Of a stretch of DNA of 64,000 nt, positions 55,462 through 64,000 are shown in pieces. Within the stretch, counting starts at the first letter, position 1. Every line of letters begins with the position of its first letter. The translations under genes were made by a program, and so were the position numbers. The stretch lies in the IMG/VR virus record IMGVR_UViG_3300027573_000779, positions 144,934 through 208,933 of that record; one strand, 5' to 3'. The notes below the pieces were generated by a model. It worked only from the letters and a program-made list of their open reading frames with translations. It did not search any database and was not told the DNA's origin.

Positions 55462-56017
55462 ACATAGTTTTACACCTATTTAGATACCTGTCAACTGTTT
55501 GTAACCTTACCGAATCTGAAGTAATTATACCAACCATTGGAAGGCCAGTAAACGAGCCGGTATTTAAACAAACTATACTATTTATCTTTTCTAACGTAGC
55601 CTGATGATTGTGTCCAACTATAACTACTTGATAATCATTATCTTGCGCAAATTTAACAGCGTTCCTCTTAAGTCCAACCTTAGAGAACCAAGAACAAAAT
55701 TGATGACCATGAATAACACACACATTAAAACCATTATTATTCCAGTGATAACTTGGTAATAAATAGTCTTTTAAATAATCTTCGACTCCAGAAAACGCCT
55801 CATGATTGCCAGAAATCAAAATAGCTTTTCCTTTTTGTGCTAAAAATTTTATCTTTTCTAAAAGAGATTTATCATAAGAGGTCATGCGCCCTTTATAATC
55901 TACAATATCTCCATTGACAATTAATTTATCAAAAGAGGAATTTAAAACGCCGCTTATTGCAGACCTGTCACACCATCGATTCCCAAGATGTAAATCAGAT
56001 ATTATTAGCGTTTTCAA
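55379..56017 (-). CDS. Calcineurin-like metallophosphoesterase
   Basis: SDLHLG, NGDIVD, GNHE, HGH, GHNH, NTGS. Confidence 0.88.
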   Translation of the reverse strand: MKTLIISDLHLGNRWCDRSAISGVLNSSFDKLIVNGDIVDYKGRMTSYDKSLLEKIKFLAQKGKAILISGNHEAFSGVEDYLKDYLLPSYHWNNNGFNVCVIHGHQFCSWFSKVGLKRNAVKFAQDNDYQVVIVGHNHQATLEKINSIVCLNTGSFTGLPMVGIITSDSVRLQTVDRYLNRCKTMCEAAQKKSPYSREKAWTRKSLGSVLAR

Positions 56018-56419
56018 ACTTCTTCCAAGTCTCTTCCATTAATAGCCAACTCATGTAGCACAATTTCTTTCATACCTTTTCAACTAATTTTCTTTCCTGT
56101 CTTTGAATTTTTCGCCGGTTCCTTAAAAGCGCTTTCTTCTCTTTCTTGTTTCTGGCCTTTTCCAGAAATTCGGCCTGCGCCTTCCTTCTAATAGCCATCC
56201 TGAACACATCGAAAACTGATATATGATATCTTTGTTGAGTATGCAAAGGTCTAAACTCTATCAAGTCACCCGATTTTAGGCTAACCACTAGAGGTTTATC
56301 TTTGTCTTTGCCAAAAGTGCCGTCCAAAACACCTTTTGTAACCAAAGAAACAACCTTTTCTTTGTGACTAACAATATTATTATCTTTATCCTTAATAGGA
56401 ACTAGATAGCCAAAACGCC

Positions 56420-56632
56420 TCATAAAATACTAGTCTCAATTTGGGCTTCAACTTGGGTCCGAATTTGGCTCAAAAGCCGGTTTCCAGAATACTGAGTTCC
56501 CCAAACTTCTCCTCGAACTTGTCCCTGAACTTGGTTGAAAACTTGACTCACAATCTCATTCTTAACCTTGCCAAGAATTCGCTCAAAAGTGCTGTCCCAA
56601 ATTTGGTTTGGAGATTTTAGGTCATCGGACAT
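56420..56632 (-). CDS. QVWD-family mini-protein
   Basis: NQIWD...SQVFNQVQGQVRGEVWG...SQIRTQVEAQI. Confidence 0.75.
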   Translation of the reverse strand: MSDDLKSPNQIWDSTFERILGKVKNEIVSQVFNQVQGQVRGEVWGTQYSGNRLLSQIRTQVEAQIETSIL

Positions 56633-56719
56633 TTTTAAAGATTTTAAACGAAATTTTTAAAAACACAATAAAAATTTTTGCTATTGACGTTTTAAAAAGA
56701 ATTGATACACTTTTAAAAT

Positions 56720-57046
56720 ATGAAACATTCAAACATTCCAGAGCCTATACCTGATTTGGGACTAAAGGTCCGTTGTCCAATTTGCGAACAGGAAAAAGGC
56801 AAATCAAAACGATTTAAAAACAGCCTAGGCTATGAATTTCATTTCCATAAAATGCACGAAGATGGATACAGCTTGACTCAGGCTCCTCCCGAAACAATGC
56901 ATGTGAAAACTGAAATTAAGATTTTTTCCTATTTCTGTCCTGTTTGCGCTTACCCTCAAGCAACAATTAAAAAGCAATCCAATTGTGAGAAGTGCGGGAC
57001 ACATCAAGTCGCGATTTTAAAAGGTCTACAGGAAAGTCTTCAATAG
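56720..57046 (+). CDS. Zn-finger protein on the opposite strand with its own promoter
   Basis: CPIC...H...H, CPVC...CEKC; TTGACG-N16-TACACT upstream; convergent hairpin at 57064-57094. Confidence 0.6.
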   Translation: MKHSNIPEPIPDLGLKVRCPICEQEKGKSKRFKNSLGYEFHFHKMHEDGYSLTQAPPETMHVKTEIKIFSYFCPVCAYPQATIKKQSNCEKCGTHQVAILKGLQESLQ

Positions 57047-57312
57047 CGTTCAAACGAAGGAGAGGGAAGGGGTCGGTTCCGGCCCCTTTCCCTTTTATAG
57101 TAATAAGATAGGGTTTACAATCCCACTTTGTAGGAAAACGCCCTTTTTTCTTCTAAGCTCGAAATCCCATGCGCCTGAAATTTGATAAGGAATGCTAGTA
57201 AGATAGTTTTTCCCTTCAATTACAAAAAGATTAATGTCTGAAACGCCAGTCGGCAACTGGTGAATTCTAGACTGATAGTTGGTTATATCTCCTGTTACAT
57301 ACATAATATTAT

Positions 57313-58695
57313 TTACACTCCACTAGGTTCTAAAGATACCATTCCAGTGAAATAACTCAATGGTTGAGTATGGGTAGGCCAAAACCCAGTATAATAGTTA
57401 AAGTGTTGGACGTAACCTGTAGCAGTAAAGTATTGAGTTCTATAGGTCACTCCCGTAGCGCCGCCAAAACCAGTAATTACCACCACGTTCATCTTATAAT
57501 TACGATTTGGAACTACCCCTATACAATGAATGTGTATAGTGCCCGTTACATATTGTATTCCGCTAGTAGTGTTTTTTGGCCTACCATATCTAAAAGGAAT
57601 AACATTGTCATCTTCAGTTAGTTGAGTGGGGGCAGTAAAACCGGGATTATTCCACATTAAATTATTACCAATCAAATCAAAATCAATAGCATCAAAAGGA
57701 GATATCCAAGTTATTGCTGAATTAACACCACTGGTTTCTGAAGTTATTTCATTAAAAAAGGCGTTTTCAGCTAAAGGATTACCTATAGTAACAGCAAATT
57801 GTCTATTGTAATAATCATAGGTTAACAAAGGATACAAACTCCTTATCATTTGAAGACATTTACCTGTTTTTTGGGTAGCCGAACCATCAAGACGAATATT
57901 TAACGCTGTTTCAAAATAATAATCGCCGCTTCCGGGCAAGTCTTGGACAAGTACAAAGGTGCTTGGGCTACCATGACTGCTTGTGTCATAAAATGAAACA
58001 CCTATAGTATCGCCAGTATTAGGCACCCAGTTATCATTAAATTGAACCCATTTAGGACCGTTCACTGTCACTTCTCCAACTTGACCCGATTGAGGGCCAT
58101 TTAAAGCATAAACAAGCCAATCGGTCTGGTTAGACCATCCTGACAATTGACGCCCCCAAACAAAGTTTCCTGAAAGGTGTAGTTTGGTTTGAGCGCCAGT
58201 TTCTATCCCTGTAACTATCCCGCTTTGCCAAAGAGTAAAAATATCACCACCAAAGCCGCCGAAACCCCATCCTGTGCAAAAGAAAGCTTGGCCGCTGTTC
58301 CTGTTAAACTTGGTTATTACGCTCTTGGTTTTTCTAGTAGCGCTATCCCCATTCCATTGAGAGCCAAACATAGAAGGGGGAGCGCCCGAATCAAAAGGAT
58401 AAACAAAATCCCCAGTTAAAGCCTCTTCCCAACCAAAACTAGTTAAATCATGAAAATAATCATAAAAAGCCCCAGTGCCGGTAACAGTATAACCGCTAAA
58501 AACTGGGTAAATCCTTGATATTACGCTACTTACAAGTTGCCTATTTAATGTAATTCCGGTTCCTCCCGTAATTGCACTATAATACCCCGAGGCATAACCT
58601 GAAGCAAAAGGAAAGAAGGTATTATAAGGCTGGCCTGTATAATACCCATGAAGAGTGGCCTCAAAGTGTTGCTGCGTCCCGCTTGCGTATGACAT
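57313..58695 (-). CDS. Gly/Thr/aromatic-rich beta protein, probable virion/structural
   Basis: Many SG/TG motifs; GTGTAA element upstream (58706-58711); the next gene 57095..57304 also has GTGTAA-N8. Confidence 0.5.
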   Translation of the reverse strand: MSYASGTQQHFEATLHGYYTGQPYNTFFPFASGYASGYYSAITGGTGITLNRQLVSSVISRIYPVFSGYTVTGTGAFYDYFHDLTSFGWEEALTGDFVYPFDSGAPPSMFGSQWNGDSATRKTKSVITKFNRNSGQAFFCTGWGFGGFGGDIFTLWQSGIVTGIETGAQTKLHLSGNFVWGRQLSGWSNQTDWLVYALNGPQSGQVGEVTVNGPKWVQFNDNWVPNTGDTIGVSFYDTSSHGSPSTFVLVQDLPGSGDYYFETALNIRLDGSATQKTGKCLQMIRSLYPLLTYDYYNRQFAVTIGNPLAENAFFNEITSETSGVNSAITWISPFDAIDFDLIGNNLMWNNPGFTAPTQLTEDDNVIPFRYGRPKNTTSGIQYVTGTIHIHCIGVVPNRNYKMNVVVITGFGGATGVTYRTQYFTATGYVQHFNYYTGFWPTHTQPLSYFTGMVSLEPSGV

Positions 58696-59822
58696 TCATC
58701 ATACATTACACTTTTTTAACTAGTTCTTGGGGGATGTCGAAGGTTTTTACGAAATCTATTATTTCGTGTGAAATTTCAAGAGTATGGCAAATTGGGATAT
58801 AATATTCAGTTTTGTGGGATATCACAGCATCCACCCAAAAAGAAGCAGGAACCATTTTACAATCACTCTGTTCCCTATACTCATCACTTAGTTTTTGAAA
58901 ACGATAGTGCGCGACTTCTATAAACCACTTTTTAACCCTTTTAACTTTGCCTTCAGAATTAGCAAAAGCTAAAGTAGTTTCTTTTTGGCATTTATGTTCC
59001 TCAATAACACCTTGAAGGTAGGATATCTTTTTTTCAATAGTGTCAAAAAAGTCCTCTTTTAAGTGACCTTGTAAGTAAATTTTTCTATTGGTTTTTTTGT
59101 CTGCGTCTTCTACTGTGTCGTAACTAAAACCCCCAAAACTCCAACTGAATAATTCTAAAAAAACCGGAGGCTCGGTCATTACATCCCAAAGCGGACTGTC
59201 GTAAAACCCCTTAGCAAACGCCGCTGCTTTATAGATATTAATTTCCACTGTATTTAGTCTGACAATGACAGTTGTTTTTCTGCGCCAACCAAACTTAAAG
59301 CCATTAAACCATTGTCTTTGTTATTATCCACTAGACTCCGAATTTGCCCCGCAATATCGCCAATCCTTCTTTGTTGTTCGGCAGGTAAGGACGCTATTAT
59401 ACCCTTAATCATGAAAACAGTTTCTTCCTCTTCAGATATAAATTTATTCATTTTTGTTTATCTTCCTCTTGCTGTTTTGTTCACAAACTCCATTAAACAA
59501 ACTCTCGGAGCCACTTTGACCTTAACTGCTTTTGCAATATTAACTATAGAAAAAATAAAAAATATCGTCCCAAGAAATAACATTATAGCCCCCGTTACCA
59601 TCATATCACTCTCATTATAAGATTTTTGCGCCTTCCATTTGAAAAACATCCGCGCCAAAATAAAAGCAACAATAGCAAATAATCCTAGAACTGCCGCTAA
59701 AGAGCTATACTTAATAAGTTCCCAATTTAAAAACTCCTGAACCACCAAGGGGGCTTGTTCTTTGACAAAAACGGTCCCTTCTTGAAGGGTGCTGATAATT
59801 ATTTGATTTAAATTAGTGTCAT

Positions 59823-60197
59823 TCATATACTTTTTGCGACAACCCAAACAGTTTTAATCTCATTTGGTTTGGTTCTAGGAAAAATCTTTTGAACCACTTT
59901 CTGTGCGACAGTAGTTAGACAATGACTAATGTCATGAACAAACCTTGTTTCATTAGTGCTATAAAACCAACATTTATAACCACGACCACAATAACCACGA
60001 CCAGTTACTTGTTTCAATAAGTGTATTTTTTTACCTTTTTTAATTGGTGTTGTTAAAACGGTTACTTTTATTCTTTCAGGTAAATTCTCTTCGGGTTTAG
60101 AAAGTAAAAACCCTACAAACTCGTTACAAAGAGCCTCGCTCCCATGTGAATCCACATAAAAAGCCCCGCTCCAATCCAACTCAAATGTTCTTTGCAT
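59823..60197 (-). CDS. Hypothetical, CxxFV-P paralog family member 4 (start moved to MQRTF)
   Basis: ALCNEFVGFLL...PERIKVTV; promoter lies inside the track's N-terminal extension. Confidence 0.6.
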   Translation of the reverse strand: MQRTFELDWSGAFYVDSHGSEALCNEFVGFLLSKPEENLPERIKVTVLTTPIKKGKKIHLLKQVTGRGYCGRGYKCWFYSTNETRFVHDISHCLTTVAQKVVQKIFPRTKPNEIKTVWVVAKSI

Positions 60198-61719
60198 TTT
60201 TAAAAGGATAACAAAGTTTTTTGAAATGTCAACTCTCAAACGCCGAGGGGTTAATTTTTTGCCGCCTTTATAAAAGAATTAAAAATGCATACCAAAACAC
60301 TATCATGAACTTGGATTTTTGTAGGATTATCTAAAGTTGTGAAATCATCGCAGTATCCATAATAAATTTTACTCCAATCAATTTTCCCCCAAACCTTTTC
60401 GTATATTTTATATTTGATAAAATATTGTTGGTATGTTTGAATTTTATAAAAATCCATTTTACTCAATTATTGTCGCCGTTACTGTTCTTACTATTCTACT
60501 CGGAAGTCTAACAATTCCGGTTGTTTGATTAGTAATGGCATTTTTAAAGCTTGTCCTGTGAATAGGTCCTAGCCCAATAGTATGTTCAGAGCCTTCTATA
60601 CTATTTGACACCGTAATGCTAACAAGAGTCATTTTTTCTACTACAAATGATGCATTGGTTGTTAGAACGTTTGTTATAATAGAGCCAAAAAAAATATTTG
60701 GGTCATAATGCCTGATATTAAAAGAAATCCCATTAGTTGGACCTGAATAATTCCAAGTCATTTCGGTAGGAACATCTTGAGCAGTCGCAGTAAAAACCAT
60801 CAACAATCCAAAAAACTTCTTCATTTAAAAGAAGGATATCAAGCTCTTCTTTAGTCGTCAACAAAATTAGCAATAGTTTTAAAACCTTCATAGTTTATTC
60901 AAAATAAGGCAAAAGCATGAAAATTGTTTGGTACTTTCCAAAAACCTTACCGTGAAAGTAATAACAATCTCCACCTATAGCCGCAAACAGTGCATCTATG
61001 TAATTTGGTTCCTTATCTTCATCAAAAACCAACCAAGTGTCATATTTACACCCCTCCTGAATCCGCCCACCCTGCTCTAAAAGGATTGGTAGGAGAGCTT
61101 CTTTCTTCTTTTTTCCTTCAGGAGTAAGCACCCATTCGCCGGAAACTATTATGCCATATGTCATTTGTTTTTATAAAATTCATCTATTTCAACCCATTCA
61201 GGCACATTGCCTTTCCACCACCATTCGCCAACCCTCTGATGTCTTTCCATTGGCTCAGTAACTAATACTTTCTTAATTGCTGATAAATAATAAGCCGCTT
61301 CGTCATCTAAATAGGTGTCGCCTTCCATCTCTGGATGTGTTGCAGCACAAAAAATCCTCCCATTTTTTCTAATTCTAACAGCCATAACATTTATATTTAA
61401 TTATTTTTTTATGACCATAAATATCTTTGCTACCAATAAATACTTTTGGAAGTTTTATAATCCTGCTATCAGACTGAAACTGGTCAAGCGTGGGGTCAAT
61501 TATAGTTCCATCTTCCATTTCTAGCCAACAATGATGCGCTCTCATCAATTCTCCCTCCACAAGCGAGGTTTTAACGCCTATTGCTGATAAATAGCCCTGA
61601 AGTGGAAAACACATCATAAAACAGAAATTATCCGAAGACCTTCCGTTAAGCATACCCTTTCTGAAAGATGTGACCAACGAACGTAATTTAAATTTGCTTA
61701 TCACAAGCTTTCTTCTCAT

Positions 61720-61899
61720 TTAGTAAATAACCCTGTTTCTTCCGCCGCCGCCGAATGTCACTACGTATTCTACAAAATTTTTCCCATAGATTCCCCTAAT
61801 TTCGTGTCGTATTTTTGGCTTTTGTTTTTTAAATTGCATTTTTAAATTTGGAAACAATAAAAACGCCGTTAATCCAGTAAAGAAATTACGCCTGTTCAT
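61720..61899 (-). CDS. 59-aa ORF with twin-arginine N-terminus (not in track)
   Basis: MNRRNFFTGLTAFLLFP...; fills the gap between neighbours exactly. Confidence 0.55.
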   Translation of the reverse strand: MNRRNFFTGLTAFLLFPNLKMQFKKQKPKIRHEIRGIYGKNFVEYVVTFGGGGRNRVIY

Positions 61900-62831
61900 G
61901 TTATTTGCCTATATAATAAATGTGCTTGGACCCTTCCCAACTAAAACCTCTGCGTCCATTTTTATAATTAACAATAAAAGCTTCTTTGCCTAAAAGGATT
62001 GGCTCTTGCACACAAATAGAAATAATTGCTTTTTCAGCATGAACCTCCGTCCACATTTTCCCCATGTATACAATTCCCATTCCTTTAGCTGAGATAATTG
62101 TACCTACGCTTTCTTTAGAAGCGACTTCAAGATTACGTTCGCAACCAACCAAAACCAAACAAGCAATTAGGATTGTTATTAGTTTCATAAAACAATTTAA
62201 ATCATATTAGCCGCCGCTACCTCATCCTTTATAAAGTAACCGTTGTCATTGTGACCGAAAATCTCTGGCGCGACCTCATCAAAGAGTCCAATGTGCTCTT
62301 TGGGTATATAGAAAGAGTTAATAAAGCTACCAAAAAACCCTCCAAGCATTGGTCCTGCTAGAGTTATCTTCTTACCAACCAAGGCGTTGATTCTATCTTC
62401 AAGAGTTTTGGGATACATTGGACTAGGGTTGCTCATGCGGACGGAACCGTCTTCCATGGTATAAAACTTGTAGTATGTTGTTTCCATAAGTTTAAAGTTA
62501 ATGGTGTTGAAAAGAATAACCTTCTTTAAAAAAAGTATCCATATCAAGCGATAACTCTACCCTGTGTCGAGCACAAAACTCCTTGAATTCTTTAACAAAA
62601 TCATCCAGTTGGAGTTTCTCGTAGAAAAACTTTCGATGCTCCTCATAAAGCGCGTGCATTAAAGCAACATAATATGGATAATTGGTCTGCGCTTCATTTT
62701 TGAGGTTGTCTCGTATGTATTGGTCGAGAACATACGAAGATGGCACCCTTAACGACTCATTAGACTGGAAGATTTGTTTGGCATCTTCTTTAGCTGCTTC
62801 AGGAGTTTTCATAATATGTGTAATAATTAAT

Positions 62832-63167
62832 ATGAACTTAATCGTTCAAGCATCACTTACTGAACCGCCGACAGACTTTCTTTCTCTTCGCATTATTACG
62901 CAAGTCGCCGTGCAAAGCTTACATCTTGATTGCTTAATCGAAAGCGAGCAAGACATGAAAGATTTATACTTCCATTATCTAGTCAAAAAGGGATTGATGG
63001 ATTTTATTAGCGACATTATCACTCCAGATGACCATATTGAAGGTCTTCGGCTCGCTAACGAACCTGTAGACGCGCCCGTTATCAAAGTGAAAGCAGTCTA
63101 TCCGAATAATTCATTGTATGTCTTAGGTCAGGTGCAAAAAATAATATTGATGAAGTCATATTTTTAA
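62832..63167 (+). CDS. Hypothetical (start moved to MNLIVQ)
   Basis: GTGTAA (62818-62823)-N8-ATG. Confidence 0.6.
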   Translation: MNLIVQASLTEPPTDFLSLRIITQVAVQSLHLDCLIESEQDMKDLYFHYLVKKGLMDFISDIITPDDHIEGLRLANEPVDAPVIKVKAVYPNNSLYVLGQVQKIILMKSYF

Positions 63168-63845
63168 TTTTGCATTCTTCGGTTATTCATAATATGAAAA
63201 TTTAAGGTTCGTAAATAAAGCCATCTGGTGACGATAGCCATTTTGAGGTATCGCACTCAACCCAACGCTTATGGTCTTCATCAAGACTACCTTTATGAGC
63301 TTCCAAGAAAGAAGCTATCTCTCTACAGGTTGGTCCGTCAATAACCTTCCCATATTGCATATTAATCAATACTGCGAGTTTCTCGGGTGAAAACCCCCAC
63401 TCCTCCAAATAATTAATCAGCCAATTAAATCCTGCTGCGTTGTATCGAAGATGATACCCTGTTTTAGATACCGGAGCAAAGTCAAAACCCATAAAACCTT
63501 ATGACAATCTTTCTTCTTCGGCTCCACACTCAACTAGAATAAATTGGAAACTCAGGAACCGGGACATGAACGAGACAAAATCTCTAAGTGTTTTGCTTCA
63601 CTATCTATAACTTCTCCACCTATCAATGCGGCCAGCACACACTCCAACTCTGGGTCAACCGACGCGAGGATTTTCTTCTCGTGTTGCGGCCAGCGAAGCT
63701 TACCCACAAAACCTACGTCATCATGATAGACACAAATACAAGTATGTTCGCCACTAATTTCGTCTGGATGGTCGCACAATTCGAGTTTGGGTTGCTTGCT
63801 GATTTCGACAACGGCTTTTAGGAAAGTCATATTTATTTTTATAAA

Positions 63846-63922
63846 TGGTTGCGGGAGAAGGATTTGAACCTCCGTCCTCTTGGTTATGAGCCAAGCGAGC
63901 TACCAGACTGCTCCATCCCGCG
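63846..63922 (-). tRNA. Initiator tRNA-fMet (CAT), CCA encoded
   Basis: CGCGGGATGGAGCAGTCTGGTAGCTCGCTTGGCTCATAACCAAGAGGACGGAGGTTCAAATCCTTCTCCCGCAACCA; C1:A72 mismatch, A11-U24, TTCAAAT loop. Confidence 0.96.
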
Positions 63923-64000
63923 ATAAAATCTTTTTCACTTTCTAAATGTATCAACATTTTTTCTTTTGTCAACGTTTTAAAAAAAAAAAAAAAGACGGTC

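Noticed and set aside
14498-60252. CRISPR array interpretation of the 22-bp element
   Set aside because: Intervals are whole genes of variable length (hundreds to thousands of bp), copies are degenerate, and no cas genes are visible.
14498-60252. Classical integron attC sites
   Set aside because: No RYYYAAC/GTTRRRY ends, the element is too short, and no IntI or tyrosine recombinase is in the window.
63754-63972. 72-aa ORF
   Set aside because: Overlaps the tRNA gene and its promoter.
63979-63993. Long poly-A run at the window end
   Set aside because: Could be an UP element of the tRNA promoter or a homopolymer artefact; cannot be judged at the edge.
1-64000. Stop-codon reassignment as the cause of the many short ORFs
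   Set aside because: Conserved genes (rIIA, ligase, subtilase, DUF932) are full length in the standard code, and short ORFs have their own promoters and starts.

Overview
AT-rich segment of a large (jumbo-like) tailed-phage genome, standard genetic code. It is mostly an early/accessory region: about 150 short, tightly packed ORFs, on the + strand at about 1.7-9.4 kb and the - strand at about 9.7-64 kb, converging at a non-coding gap near 9.4-9.7 kb. Recognisable genes: PhoH (partial), AAA ATPase, secreted S8 subtilase, ArdC, DUF2958, Gp88-like, macrodomain, Rnl2-type RNA ligase, DUF932, pol-beta nucleotidyltransferase, RuvB-like, rIIB/rIIA, DUF6745 plus partner, HNH, cyclic-phosphate receiver, vWA, metallophosphoesterase and an initiator tRNA. 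Four layers of hidden structure stand out. (1) About 30 dispersed stand-alone mini-genes are built on a 12-bp unit (CAAGTTTGGGAC, encoding Q-V-W-D), ranging from a near-perfect 17-copy array to decayed and 2-unit remnants. (2) A ~22-bp GC-rich element (AAGCCCTGCGGCGCTTGAGCAT on the coding strand) occurs at more than 20 gene junctions, abutting an ATG or the next -35 box, sometimes stacked as 'empty' copies. (3) Dozens of sigma70-like promoters have a 16-bp spacer and place the ATG 6-7 nt after the -10 box, implying leaderless mRNAs. (4) A second promoter-like class, GTGTAA-N8-start, marks late-like genes. Family names come from motif recognition, not database searches, and counts are by eye.
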